A stretch of 64,000 bases of DNA from Takakia lepidozioides. Its lineage: Eukaryota; Plantae; Bryophyta. The notes under the pieces were generated by a model. The model was not told the origin of the DNA, ran no database searches, and saw only the letters and a program-made list of their open reading frames with translations. Location: positions 62,062,001-62,126,000 of the forward strand of contig CM060731.1 of assembly GCA_030704615.1 (NCBI GenBank). Direction: 5' to 3'. A program made the translations under genes and the position numbers. This document shows positions 10,201 through 24,034 of this stretch, one piece after another; position 1 is the stretch's first letter; each line of letters opens with the position of its first letter.

Positions 10201-13200
10201 GTGGGAGCAGGTTGCAGAGATGCGGCTGGAAAGCCTAAGTTGTTTAAGAGGTATTTGCTGTGGTGTAGTGACAGCAACACCAACTGAGGAGGAAACCATC
10301 AGTTACCCATCACATTTCTATGAAGAAAGAGAAGGAGAAATGGAAATCCTAGAGGAACCAGCCACTGTGAGCTTACAGGATGAAGTGGTGACTAGTTGGA
10401 CAATCACAGCTGATGAGCAGGTGAGGGAAGTGAATGTGGGAACTAAAGAGGAACCGAGGATGGTGAAAGTAGGAGCTGATTTGGAGCCAGAATTCTTTGA
10501 AGAAGCTAAGAGCTTGTTCATCAAATACAGAGATGTATTTGCTTGGAGCTATGAGGATCTAAAAGGGATACCACCTGAAGTCTGTCAGCATAAGATTGAA
10601 CTGGAACCAGGGTCAGTACCAATCAAGCAGGCGAGGTACAGAATGAATCCCAACTACGCGCAGAAGGTTGGAGAAGAGATCAAGAAGTTGGCTGAGGCTA
10701 AGTTTATATACCCAATAGAGTATACAACTTGGTTGTCACCCATTGTTATAGTTCCCAAGCAGAATGGTAAATTAAGAGTATGTGTGAACTACAAGAAGCT
10801 GAATGCTTGTACGAAGAAAGATCCTTTCCCTTTGCCATTCACAGAAGCAGTATTGGACACTGTGGCAGGCCATGAGATGTACTCATTCATGGATGGTTTC
10901 AATGGTTATAATCAAGTGCAAGTGGCAGAAGAAGATCAAGGAAAGACAGCTTTCATCACAAACTGGGGTGCTTATCCATACAAAGTCATGCCCTTTGAAC
11001 TTTGTAATGCACCAGCAACCTTTCAGAGAGTAATAAGTGAATCTTTTCATGAGTATCTGGATGATTTCATGCAGGTGTTCTTGGATGATTTCAGTGTGTA
11101 CAGCTCTAAGAATGAGCACTTGCATAAGTTGGAGTTATGTCTGGCCAGATGCAGGATGAGAGGTCTGGGCCTGAATCCAGAGAAGTGTACTTTCTGTGTG
11201 AACTCAGGGGTGCTTCTGGGACACATTGTGTGTAAGAAGGGACTTCTTGTGGATCCCAGGAAGACAGAGGCCATTAAAGCCTCTCCACCACCAGTGAATG
11301 TTAAGAGTCTAAGGAGATTCCTTGGGCAAACCAGTTATTACAGAAGATTTGTCAAAAGGTATGCACAAATAGCAGCACCATTGAGCAAGCTTCTGAAGAA
11401 AGATGGAGTGTTTGCATGGACAGCTGAATGTCAACAGACGTTTGAGGAACTTACACTGTCAGTAACAACTACACATGTGCTGATTAACCCTCACTGGCAT
11501 GTAGTATTTCATGTTCACTGCGATGCATCAGGAGAAGCGTTGGGAGCGGTGTTAGCCCAGAATGTTACAGGAAATATAGATTCACCTGTGTACTATGCTA
11601 GCAGGTTGATGAACAGTGCTGAAAGGAACTATAGCACAACTGAAAGAGAAGCACTGGCAATGATTTATGCAGTCAAGAAATTCAGGCATTACCTATTGGG
11701 AAGAAAGTTTATGTTTTATGTGGATCACCAGGCTCTGATATATCTGGTGAACAAACCTTTGATAAGTGGAAGGATAGCGAGGTGGTTGATAATCTTGCAT
11801 GAGTTTGAGTTCGAAGTTTTACAAGCCTGGCCGTTTGCATCTTGTGGCAGATCATTTGTCACGACTAACAACAGGAGAGGCCGCCACAGGAGTGGACGAT
11901 CAGTTACCTGATGCGAGTTTATTTGTAATGGAGGTGCAAGGAAGTGCAGATGAATGGTTAGATTGGCAGTGGCCAATCAGATACTACCTTACTCATGGTC
12001 AATGCCCACCTAGTTATGGTAAGGAGCAGAGGAAGAGAATCGCTATCAAAGCTTTACCTTATACTATGGTAGGAAGCAGAATGTATAAGCTAGGACCTGA
12101 TGGAGTACTAAAACGATGCTTGTACCACCATGAAGTAAATAAAGTTTTGGAGGAAGTTCATAAAGGAGTGGCTGGAGGTCATTTTGGAGAAGAGACTACC
12201 AGTAGAAAGATACTACTCGCAGGTTACTGGTGGCCTACTTTGTTCAAAGATGTACACAAGTATTGTCAGAGTTGTGATGAATGTCAGAGGCTAGGACCTT
12301 TGCAGAGATCTGGAAGGATGGCCTTGCATCCTACAATGCCTACGGAACCATTTCAGAAATGGGGACTAGACTTTGTTGGACCAATTAACCCACCAGCCAA
12401 GAATACACGGAACAGGTACATAATTACAGCCACTGATTATACTACGAAGTGGGTGGAAGCTAAAGCTTTGAGGGACAACACAGCCAAGTCCACAGCAAGG
12501 TTCCTGTATGAGAACATACTTACACGATTTGGCTGTCCCTTAGAATTTATCAGTGATCAGGGAAGTCACTTCATTAATGAGACCATTGAATTATTGACTA
12601 AAGAATTCATGATTGTGCATAGGAAGAGTACAACATATTACCCACAGGGTAATGGACAGGCAGAGGCTACCAACAAAATACTATGTACTATCTTGGCTAA
12701 GATAGTCAATGCAAACAGAACGGATTGGGATACAAAGCTGCTGACAGCTTTGTGGTCATACAGACTTCATATAAAGTCACCACTAAGTATACACCATTCC
12801 AATTAGTTTATGGTATGGAAGCCTTACTTCCAGTGGAATTCCTGTTACCTACCATGAGAACGGAGTGGGGAAAGAGAATGGAATTGCAAGATTCCATTAA
12901 GGTCAGGAAACATGAATTATACCATGTGGAAGAAGTACGTGCTGATGCAGCTGATAATATGACCAGAATTCAGATGAAGAGGAAGGAACAGTTTGATGAA
13001 GGCAAGTTAAAGACTTTTAAGACGGGAGATTTGGTTCTATGGTTGCAGAAGAAGGGAAAGATTAAAGCTTCTAAGCTTAAATCACCATGGAAAGGACCTT
13101 ATGTCATACAAAAGATGTATGATAACAACACCGCCATGTTACAAACCATTAACAAAGAAATGCTGGGAAGAGTCAATGCCAATAAGTTGAAGGGGTACAG

Positions 13201-13570
13201 TGGTATCCATGACAAACCATTGCAGCATGATTTGCATGTTGAAACGCAAGAGCAGTCACGGGCTGCGCCAGTGTTACCAACGGAGTATGGAGCACTTGTC
13301 GCTAGGCCGAGCATATATGACCAGGGCGGGCAGAACAAGCGTGACACAGCCTATCACAGCCCATCAAGGCGAAACACAGCCTATCACAGCCCATCACGAC
13401 GTGACACAGCCTATCACAGCCCAGCACGGCGCAACAAGCCTATCACAACCTACCACAGCGTGTCACAGCCTATCACACACAGTGAGCCTATCACAGCACA
13501 GTGGCGATACCACAGTATGACAACAACCTGTCACAGCTCAACACAGCCTACTAGGTTACACAATCCATAG
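7206..13570 (+). pseudogene. gag-pol: gag-pol polyprotein (Gag, 3 CCHC knuckles, aspartic protease, RT, RNase H, integrase), disrupted
   Basis: Retrotrans_gag-like YSGKGDPDVHISQFE; knuckles CAKCQNEGHTTTEC, CTICKMDNHSTENC and CYYCNQP*HRKVAC; protease LIDGGSGVN; RT FLDDF; RH CDASG; integrase GHFG…CDECQ, WGLDFVGP, SDQG, NGQAE. Frameshifts near 7600, 11820 and 12760; stops at about 7787 and 9119. Confidence 0.95.
13341..13550 (+). repeat. Short tandem repeats (about 30-bp ACACAGCCTATCACAGCCCATCA-type units) after integrase
   Basis: Visible directly; expanded in copy 2 (31484-31840). Confidence 0.85.
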
Positions 13571-14037
13571 AATCAGTGACAGGTGGACGCACAATAACTT
13601 CAGGAAAATGGCCAACGGAAGAAAGACGGAACCAGTTTAAAAAATAGACACGTGGAAGTCAGGCGCGACACACAGCTGAGAAGGAAGTGCAAAACAGGTG
13701 TCCTCAAAAAAGAGGACAAGAATGGCCGTCAAAGTACCTACTTAGCGCGTCATTTCGGATGAATGACGGGCCCATTAATGATACGGAAAAAAGGAACGGA
13801 ACAAACGGCAACTACAGAAAAGCGAAATTCTTGTCACATGTGTGATCCTAGTGGACAATCCAGCAGGGAAGTCCACTAAGAAAATTAAATTTAAAAATCC
13901 AGTCATAGCGGTTACAGCCAATCGAAAGCCAGAAAAGGGATCAAGAAATTAAATGGAATTTAAGCGCAAGAGTCGGCGTCGTTCTAAGTAACGGGCGTCT
14001 CGACGGGACAGACCATCAATGCTATAGCTTTGAAGCT

Positions 14038-17000
14038 ATGGAGGAACTAACAGACTATACGCTCGCAATATTACTTACACAGTGGCATAGACATGAAAGA
14101 ACAGAGCGGAGCTTTTCTCTTGATCGATGCTTGCAAGCCCTGAAGGCTTACAAGAAATTACCCATAGCTTTTTGTGGCAACCATACGTTATGCTTTGTGG
14201 CACTACAGGCATTTCTTCAATTGTTACAGCCAAACACTTTCTGTGGGTCTAGAATGAAGAGAGTGAGAGAATGGAGGAAATCAAGGTGAAGAGCACCACA
14301 ATTCTGCAGAAACAAACGATTGCTACCCCACAGGCGATACAGATACTGAAGGAGCTGAGATTGCAAAGATTGCAAGGATTGCAAAGCAAAGATTGGACAT
14401 TGCACCATAGACAGTACATGTTACAATTCTTACAGAATTTTGAGCGAAGGACAGGAGCAACAACAGTGAAGGGAGTTGAATTAGTAATTACTCCCCTATA
14501 CCTACAACAATTGTTTCAATTGCCAGCAGGTCAGGTGCATGTGGAGGAGCACAGGGCAAGACTGCAAATAGGGGACTTATTCCAGAAGGGAGTTTCTTTA
14601 AAACTCAAGGTTATGCTTGTACCAAGGCCGTGTACCCAGGGCTAAAGGAGGTAGGCCAGGTATTGAACGTTCTGTTTGCCATGAAACAGAACCAACAGTA
14701 TATGAGCCGATCCTTCACAGAGGAAATACTCAAAGCCCTGAGAGAAGAAGAAGTGGAATGGGTGGACATAATGTACAATGCACTGGTAGAGGAAATGAAA
14801 AGATTACAGGGTACTGCCGCAAAGTCTCCTATCATAGTGTCTGGCCCAATCATTGCTCAAATAATTCTTGATTCTGGCATCCTTGATGCTCGAGAAATAA
14901 ATGAGATGGGAGTGTTTGAGCCAGAAACCACTGCAATGGAAGCAAGGCTCTTCACAGGAGGGTGGGCTGGCAGGGCAACCCCAGACTAAGAGACAGAGGC
15001 GGAAAGACTGTAGTGGCGGATCCACTGGCTTCACGGAATCCGCAGATAATGTTCCCAAGTTTTTGTGCAGGAAGGGGCACAGCAGCACAGAGAACTGCTA
15101 TTACTAGAAGCAGGACCTTCAGAGAGGGAAGAGGAAGTTACTTCAGTATCACAGCCATCACGGCCAGATGATCGGCTTGTCACAAGGTTACAAGTTGTCC
15201 ATGCAGCTCAAGCAGAAATAATTGATTTGGAAAAAGAAGGGTTAGATATTCCAACTACAGAACAGATAGTGGCAGAAATTGAGAAGGGGGACCTTCTATG
15301 AATATTCTGGTCTGGTCAAGGAGACAGAGATTCCAGAGGTGCAACAGTTGCCCAAGGGAAATCCTGAGGTGCATATAATACACACACCGTGTCGGAGTAC
15401 CACAGGTAGAATGTCAAGACACTGCAGCACCGGTGATGGTTGAAGTGGTTCAGGAAAAAATCTGGTGGACAATGGCCTGAGTGGTTCGTGAGACATCACA
15501 CTGTTGGGGATCAGGGAGAACAGCAACAAGCTCACCATGATGACCCTCAACAGGCAATGCTTATGAGTTCCATAGGCAGGACACTTAATTTGTTGGGCTT
15601 ATGTCAAATCCCATGTTTCCAACTACCCAATTGACAGCCTGAGAGAGGAACTCAGGAAGGAGTTGAGGCTCGACTAGCCACTGAGTGTGCAAACAATGTC
15701 GATGAAGAGGTCACTTTCAAGATGCAGCAAGACTTGGAGAATACAGGAGCGGCTTTGCAATTGGCCAAGGAACAATTGATTGAGGCAGGCCTCGCGCAAG
15801 ACCAACTGTACGAAGCACATAAGCAACAGCTATACCAAATGAAGGTGAAGCATGAAAGCAAGTTGCAAGAAGTGAATGCACTACACACGAAGTTGCAGAC
15901 AGTGCATGACAGGATGGCCATACAATGTGCTACACTCACAACTATGCTTGACCATCTACAAAAGAAATAAACATCAAGCGAAAAATGTATGAGACAGAGG
16001 AAGAGAATGTTGAGCAAATGAAACTCATTGTCAATATGAAGAATACAATCTGTCGCAATGAGGATACTTTCAAGCAATACAGGCAGATTGAAGCTGATCA
16101 AGAGAGGCACATCCTGGAGTTGCAACAAACGATCATGGCCAATAGAAATGAAATTTCGATCACTAACAAGGCTTGGAAGGAAGCCAATAACCTACTTGCT
16201 GCCTATGCGAATTTGGTTGAACCTCATGCGAAGCGCATGGAGGCTTTACAACAACAATTAGACGTGTACAAACTAAGAGATGAGCACACTCTCAGAGGAA
16301 CCACAAACAACTTGGTGGATAACCAACTTATGCAGGTCTGGTTAGCACAAGGGCCGTGGAGGGCAAAGCACCACGAAAGCTCACCCAAAGCGAGATGAAT
16401 GAGCTCAGACTGCAAGTGCAGAACATTGCCACAATTACTATAGACAATGTCTATAGTAGAATAGCGGAGTTACAGGAGGATGTAGACGGACTGCAGACTT
16501 AAGTGGAGGACCTCACTTCAAATATCGACAAAAGAGTCTATATACCTGAGGAACAGCTAATGGCTTCGTATTTACATGCCAGAACTTTGGCTTTTCAATC
16601 TTCTTCACAGGAGGTGCAGGAGATGCCAATGATACATGAGCCAGTGCCACCAACACCACAACAAGTCACTGTGCTAGTAGCTGACCATGTTATTACTACA
16701 ACCACACCACAGCCACCACAGTCTGAGGTATGGGGCAATGCTGCTTTTAACCCACCTAAAACTCCAGCTGCAAGGGAGTACAGTAGGGCTATGATTATGC
16801 CCTTCAACCAAATTCCCATCATGTTGGATTTGGCTTGGAAAGAATTTAGTCCTCCGCAGTCATTGGCACATTACTACTACCAAATCATGCGCATTTGGCT
16901 ACCAATGGCAACAAGGACTAAAGTTCTTCCCAACAATCGACCAATTGAGGATCATCACTTTGCACAATACTGGCATGAGGCAGGTACAATGTTGAAGGAA

Positions 17001-17799
17001 TTAATTGCCTTCCAAGTTGTACATGGATTCATTTATACCAAGACCAAGGAGGTAGCAAGTATTGTCATGGGATGTGGGTTATACTACGCTTTTGTTTTCT
17101 GGTACGTTATCACATTGAGCAGCAAAAGATGCAATCCGCCTTTTTGAGTATTCCAGTGGGGATCATTGGGTCTTACCTTCAGTGCCACCTCATATGTACC
17201 TATATGAGGCAAAAGTTATGATACAAAAGGATTCTCAAATTCGTTCATGGTTTCATGCGGCCTGGAACAATTTGTCAACACAGAATGGCATTGATGATAT
17301 TTTCTATAAGGGACATGTGGCATGGAAATACTTGCACAATTCACAAGTCATTGGTACCCTACTCACTGGACAGACAAGGAGCTCAGTGTCTTCACACCAA
17401 TTTTGCCGTTCAGCGTTTACAGCAATTTTAAAATATAAACTTCCAGACATGGTAGGACAACATTGTATGCCCCAGAGGATTCCACAAAAAGTTCGACAAT
17501 TAAAACACCTGAGAGGCGATGAGGATTCTGATACAACTGTTTCTTCAGCGGATTCTTTTGACATGGGAGAAGACTATGCAATTCAGATGGCAGAGAAGAA
17601 GCGACGGGGGTCTCCTATGCCTGAAAGGTTACCTCGATATCAGCCTCCAGAAGGAATCACTTATACGGGTAGTGTTCAATCATCTCCGTCAACCAGTGAC
17701 AGACCTCAGGCTCGTACACACACAGTCCGCCACGAAACTCTCAACGTCAGAAAGGTGCTCACTCACAAAGGTTTGCTAATCGCAATCAGTAAACTGTGA
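14038..17799 (+). pseudogene. Large 3' extra ORF (about 1,200 codons) with a Transposase_32/PTTA-like N-terminus and a long coiled coil; frameshifted
   Basis: ORF fragments tile 14038-17799 in sense orientation. FLQNFERRTGATTVKGVELVITPLYLQQLFQLP and VEWVDIMYNALVEEM resemble plant retroelement extra-ORF domains. Heptad-rich Q/E/L segment at about 15640-16560. Colinear homologue in copy 2. Confidence 0.75.
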
Positions 17800-17811
17800 G
17801 GACGGCTTTTT

Positions 17812-17824
17812 GAGAGGGGAAGGG
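17812..17824 (+). promoter_or_regulatory. Polypurine tract
   Basis: GAGAGGGGAAGGG just before the 3' LTR. Confidence 0.85.
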
Positions 17825-17827
17825 TAA

Positions 17828-18786
17828 TGTTAGAGGACTGTCTGGGACTTAGACACTTATACGGGATCTGTGGGTACCCTTAATTTTTGCACAGACTGAG
17901 ACCAACAGGAGCCTTAGGGGTGACAGCAGCGCACTTTAGAGGGGGTTACCAGCTCGTCACAGCCAACACAGCCCGTCACAGTCGTCACAGTCGTCACAGT
18001 CACAGCCGACGTCTCACAGCCATCACAGCCGACACAACCACACACACAGCCGTCACAGCCCGACACAGCCAACACAGTCGCAGCCATCACAGCCCACACA
18101 GTTTCACACAGCCAGTCACAGCTTGACACAGCTGTCACGAACCCAGGAACGGATAGCAGGATAGGGAACGACTGTGGGAACAACACCTGCGAAGGGAACA
18201 TGTTAGTTCACAGACGACGGTTAGTGAGGGAAACGGTTAGAACAACGGGTAGGAAGATAAAGCGGAAACAAGGACTGGGGGGATCATTCTTGGGTGCTTC
18301 TTGGGGGAAGGGAATTTCGGACATCGCGGAGGGGAAATGAGGCAGAGAGCGTATCTCTGGGCAGAAAGAGGGAGAGCACGGAGTAGGAGGAGGATGATCT
18401 GAGATGCTTAATGGAAGCAAGCTATAGAATTGTAATGTAGAGTAGATTAGAGACACCATGACTTTAGCCTGATACTTGATAGATATTAATCTGATACACA
18501 CTTCATACTCACACTGTGTAGAGAGATCTGAGTGAAGTTGTGGAATGAATGGATGAGTTGATGGAATCCGATAGATTGATGAAGCAAACTGATACTTAAT
18601 TATCAATAGTAATGTAGCTAACATGAATGCGGGAAGGAAAACAAATAGGAAACCCCCATGATACACTAGCTGTAGGTCATGACTGATTATTCTAAGCGGG
18701 CTGAGTACTTAGAGATTTCCAACTCTTCTATCTTGGAGTTTCCGCCTCGGATAGCGAAGGGATGGGTGAGTAAAAGCCGCGCGACA
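17828..18786 (+). repeat. 3' LTR of Gypsy copy 1
   Basis: TGTTAGAGG…CGCGACA followed by TSD AGCGT. Confidence 0.95.
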
Positions 18787-18920
18787 AGCGTCTCTTTGTG
18801 AAGAGAACCCCGGACAGTGTATCAGAAAATGAATATTGTCTCAGATTGCCCACACAATGGGAAGTGCACTCCCCATTTCCTCTCTGCTTCTGTTTGCTGT
18901 TCAAAGGTAGGCTTCCTTCC
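18787..18920 (-). mobile_element. Remainder of the second LINE fragment
   Basis: Matches 4574-4706 (zinc-finger region). Confidence 0.8.
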
Positions 18921-19664
18921 CCGAGAGCAGTGGCAGCAGCACAATTGATAGAACAAGGGACTGCTAATGAAGGTACCTTCTTCAACACATTTCAGCCTGT
19001 TTTTCCCTGTTATCAGAGTTGTCCCTAAATTTCCAGATGGCCGGATTCCAAGCTCCAGATTACCTATGATTCCATGTGGAAGGATAGCTACAAGAAACCT
19101 GCATGGGTAGATAGTCAACTGGAAGCCACTTTAGCAGCTGCAGAGGCATGATGTACGCATTGTTAGTGTGGAGGGAGGGGTAGCTGTTGATGCAGGAGGA
19201 TCGTGGGTGCAAAATCATCCAAGAGGGCCAGATTTGGAGCAAGGAACAGTGCTGGCAGGAGTTCTATAAATATGATCCACAACGGTGGGACAATATTGTC
19301 AACAAGGTGAGCTTTCTTCATGCAACATCGTAGGGAGTTTGATAGATCTTTGTATTTAAATATATTAGTGTGGAGGGAGGGCTAGCCGCTGATGCAAGGA
19401 TGGACTGTGGGTTCAGGATCACCCAAGAGGGCTACAAGCAGTGGAAGTAGCAGCATTTGGTCAATAGCAGCAACAAGAATTAGCAATGTCAAACTCATCA
19501 ATCAGGTACTTGCTTCTGTATACATTTCATCCTCTTATCAACGTAGTCCCTGCTTGGACAGCCTATAGGGTTGTATAAAACAAGACTTTGGAACCTTCCA
19601 ACCCGGGTGCTTTGTTATTGGTCTATCAAGGTCTGATTTGAAATGTTTTCATTGCATTTTGCAG

Positions 19665-22600
19665 GTGAACTCATCATGGAAGAAGAGTTGGAAGTAAAAG
19701 TCCTGCTCGTTGGAGGAGATGCATCACCAAACAGGCTTGGTTCTGTGTTCACTATGCAAGGTGTCACATACAAATGCATCCGAGCAGAAATTCTAGGTGA
19801 TGAGCTTGTCTCAGCAAAATTTCATTTCCTTTCCATGGGGGGTAGTGTCCTTTCAGCCAAGTAGGAAGAGAGGATGGTTCTGAAAGGGGATACTGTACAT
19901 TAAGATTTCAGACCAAAATGATGGGGACCAAGGATTGAAAAGACCTCTATCTTCTAGTGGTTCTACGATCTTGCATGAGGACAGACCAGGCGAGGACCCG
20001 GCACCAGTGTCTACCAAGATGAGGATGGACCCTGATACACCCTTTGCTGGTGATGGTGGAAATGAAGACCATGCACATGAGCATGCACTTCAGCAGAGAT
20101 CTGGAGATTGTGCAGCACGTTGGCTACATCCAACGATATTCAAAAATGGCAGAAAGAGATTAGAGCCGTTGAAAGGAAAATCTTTGCAGAAGGACAATGT
20201 GACAAGTTTGAGTTGATGACAAAGGATCAACAAGGACAAGCAATGTTCCACATATGGTGTGTTGAGTGTGAGGATGTTTATGCACGGTCTGGGAAAACAA
20301 ACCATATGATGCATGTGCAAACTTTATGAGATCTCATTTGAGGAGTGAGGGGCATCGCATAGCCTATGAGAGGCGTCATGGGAGGGTTCATCACAATGTG
20401 TCATCAGCCCTGTAAATGCAGATGAAGCATTAGATACAAAGAAGAACAGGGTGAAGGAGGCATTAGAGGAAGTTGCTCGGTTTTTTGAGGACAATCCTGG
20501 AAACAGATTTGAGATTGTGGAAGCCACAATTGGAGACTATTCGCAGTTGGGTTCCATAAGGATTAGGTGCCCACTTGATTCAAAGTGGCTACTCTTGTTT
20601 CCAAGGACAGGTTCTTTGCAATCTTCTTTGACAGAGCATGTGAAAGGAAAAACTCATGTCGATGCAGATTTGCCAGAAGGTTGGAAGTAGTGAAGGACTG
20701 TGCAAAAAGAGAGAAGGCCTCCAAAGCCTATGATTGCCAAAGATGTAAAGCAACGGGATCTAAGCTCTTTCTTGGTCAGTCAACCTGTGTTGCCGTCCCC
20801 ACCACTTGACAATCCGATTGTGGCATCAACAATGGGCATCCTCGTCACAAACTCCATACACTTGTGTTGACGCTGCCCAACGGGCAGATCTGATTGAGGA
20901 TTGACAATTACAGCAACAGTCCCAATGCAACAAAGGAAGAGACAGTTTGTGTTGGGGCCTATGGGATGAATGGTGGGAGTACAACCAGCAGAGAATAAGT
21001 CTGAAACCATTCCTTTAAGATAGCAAGGGAGGAAAGAAGTGGTATGTCGAGCCGTTGACAAATGCAACCATCACTCTAAACAATCAAGAGCATAAGGTTG
21101 TTGGTACGTTTCGGCACGCGATTGTTTTAGAGTGTCATTGGATGGGGAGCCATTTCCAAACTTGAGATGTTCAGCATGTTCTTCCTTTCTCTTGGAAAAT
21201 GACTTCAGAATGAGGGTATATAGAGAAGAGGTGCCATGGAATGTAGAGGGAGAGAGATACTGGCAAGGGAAGAAGGTTGTCATATCTTGGAAATGTCGAG
21301 ATTGTCAAAACAGTTTACAAAAACAGACAGGAGTTGAGGCAAGTGAGGTTCAAATTGTGGGAGGCTAGGACCAAAGTGGCATCCTTGTCTGTGCGATGTA
21401 GGAGTTTGAAGGAGTCTGGGATTGAGGCAATTGAAAGAGGAGATGTTCTCAAATTTTGTCGTGATATTGTTGATGCACATAGGAGGGGGGATTTTGAAGG
21501 AAAAGAAAGTTTGTGAGATTTTCTTGTTGATATGGGCAAGAATATTGACAGGTCTCCACAAGTGAAGAGGTATGGTACTAGCACAAAAACAATGTTTGAG
21601 ACTGTGCAGCTTTGGGGGGTCCGAGATTGCATCATTTTTTGGCTTCAAATGTGGGGGGTCCTTCTATTGATACTACAAGACGGTCTTTGAGGAAAGGTTT
21701 GAAGTATAGAGCGGGAGAAATGGATGATATATTTCAGCATGTGGCTGGAATTTACAGAGATGTGATGGAAGATGCAAATATTCCAATGGGAAGCATCCCA
21801 GTGATGGTGGCCGAAGATGTCTGTTGTGAAGCGATTGGTACGTTGGATTGCTAGGGACGACACCCTTCTCGGGTTTTGTGGGCTTCAAGACAACCATGTA
21901 TGTATTTCAAATTTAGTGGTGCAAGTAGGAGAAGGGGAATCAGGGTACGAATATATTGTGGAGGCATTCAAAAACAATGTGGTTGCCCATTATGCTAGAG
22001 TGTTATGGCAAATCCTCTACATGTACGGTTACCTCGATTGGTATTGTAATCCAGCTCACTTGCAATAGATTTGACAACAATTTTGTGAGATCACAATGGG
22101 AAGTGGTGAGACAGTTGTGGGACAAATATGTGAGGGACGTGGTTGGGCCTATAATTCGGCATGCTTCAGACGGAGATAGTAGGAGGAGAAAAGTGATGTT
22201 AGAAGATTATGCCAATGGGGCTGGAAGTAGATTTGCATCCCTTGGGAAGGATGGTTGTTTACAGGTCGAGTGTGCAACGGGGGAGATATATACGGACTCC
22301 ATGATCAGGACTTCATCCACAATGGGAAAAAATTGGTAAATCCCTTGGACAGTGCATTACGGACTTTGGTGTTGGGTGATGAGGTTGCTACATTGAATCA
22401 TGTGTTATTGGTCTACCATTCATTTTCAGTGGATAAGCATGGACTTCGGGAATATGATATCAAAAGAGAAGATCGACAGAATTGGGCAGCAGCTCAACGA
22501 CTGGCATCTCGGAAGGTGCAAGCTTGTTTGAGGGAGTTACAATCAACTGTGAATCATCGAAGAGAGAAGACCAAAGGTACTGAAATTTACCTATACATCA

Positions 22601-24034
22601 TTTCATGCTACATCGACATTTTTTTGTCTCCTCACATGTCATTGTGTGAGAGGGTACAATCTGCTGCGAAGGTATCATTTTTTTTTCAGATTGTGGAAGT
22701 TGTGGCTATTCCACCACGAGGTGTATAATCTGAAATCCTTCTTCATTAGCAGGGAAGCATACTTGGATTTACAAATTTCATGCCACTATGTGGTTCTACT
22801 TCAAATTGTTCAAGGATAAGTTTAATCATGTGCAAGTTCATTTGAGCCTTGTTGGTTCAGATGTGTGTGAAATATTCTTCAGCAAAGTGGGAGGTATGTT
22901 ACGAAATGAGAGGACATATGACGGGTGTGATTTGATTGAGAGTGCGGGAGCATTAACACGCATATCCGAGTTCGAGGTGAATCCAAAACGACCCAAGTTC
23001 TCAAGAGCTCACAAGAAACACGAACACATATGATCTTCTTTGGAGAAGAAGCCAGGTATCCCCCTTGCTGATTTGTCCGACTTTTCTACTGTCCAATCGG
23101 ATGATTGCATTGTGGAGGCTTTGAAAACTGGATTTCTAGAAGTGTAACTTTTATGCCATAAACTTGGGATGAAACCAAACAAAGCAACAAACTTGGATTG
23201 GTGGAATGAGCCATGGACAATTGAGAGACAAATGGAGGCCGAGCTATTCAAAAGGATGGAAGAGGAGGGTGATGATGTCGATGCCATAGATTCTATTTGT
23301 CCTCTTAATGCAGACACACATATTCAAAATGAGGTCGTGGAAGATAAATTGGTGTGCGGGCCTTCGAATTCAATGGAGGATGTTTTGAGCCAACCTTTGG
23401 ATGATCATGCGGAAGAGGTACTTGTTCAAAGTGAATTGAGACATACTCTGGATGCTGTCATTGATGAGTTTGAACAAGATAAAGATGGATCGAAGGCAGT
23501 GGTTCTATTTGTCAAAGTAGACGGAAAGACCATATTCAAAAGCACTTTGGTTAGCCAACTCAATGGCAACCCTACTCTATCCAAGGATAGATTGACACGA
23601 GTAAGAAGTGCATCGATGTTGTTTTGCCGAGAAAACAAACCAACTACCAGCAACAAAGCCACGAGCTTGGGATTGGGTTCGGATTGTGCTGTATTTTTTT
23701 GTTGATGAGGAGACTGCGATCCAAACTACAAACAGGAAAGGTAGACCACGGAAATCCTGCAGAGGAGCAACCAAAGGCACTTGGTATTTGGGCAGGGTTC
23801 AAAGAATGCGGAAGAAAATCAATAAGCGGTTTGTAGAATGTAGGGATTCTGTTGATTTATTGGAGCGTCCTTCTCATATGGAGATTGGGTTAGCATGGTA
23901 CCAAAAAATTCGAGGAGGGGTCAATACGTACGATTTGACGGATAACATGATGGTTGATTTGGATTCCATTATCGCGTTAGCATGTTTAAAGTACAATGTC
24001 AAGTCAAACACATATGTTTTTGATGCAAATGACT
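19665..24034 (+). pseudogene. P-element-like DDE transposase, degenerate
   Basis: In order: VMVAED, HASDGDSRRR, QDFIHNGKKLVNPL (compare P/THAP9 DxxHxxKxxRN), DRQNWAAAQRL (compare KMxVxxAxQ) and GSDVCEIFFSKVGG (compare QDxxExxFS). N-terminal Cys/His finger-like segments. Splice acceptor TTTTGCAG at 19657-19664. Many stops and frameshifts. Confidence 0.8.

Larger units (their letters stand above)
5663..18786 (+). mobile_element. Full-length Ty3/Gypsy LTR retrotransposon, non-chromovirus type, with 5' and 3' extra ORFs (copy 1)
   Basis: TG…CA LTRs at 5663-6595 and 17828-18786; 5-bp TSD AGCGT (5658-5662, 18787-18791); PBS and PPT present; gag-PR-RT-RH-INT order. Confidence 0.97.

Noticed and set aside
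14038-17799. True retroviral env gene
   Set aside because: No convincing signal peptide, fusion peptide or transmembrane anchor; kept only as an accessory ORF.
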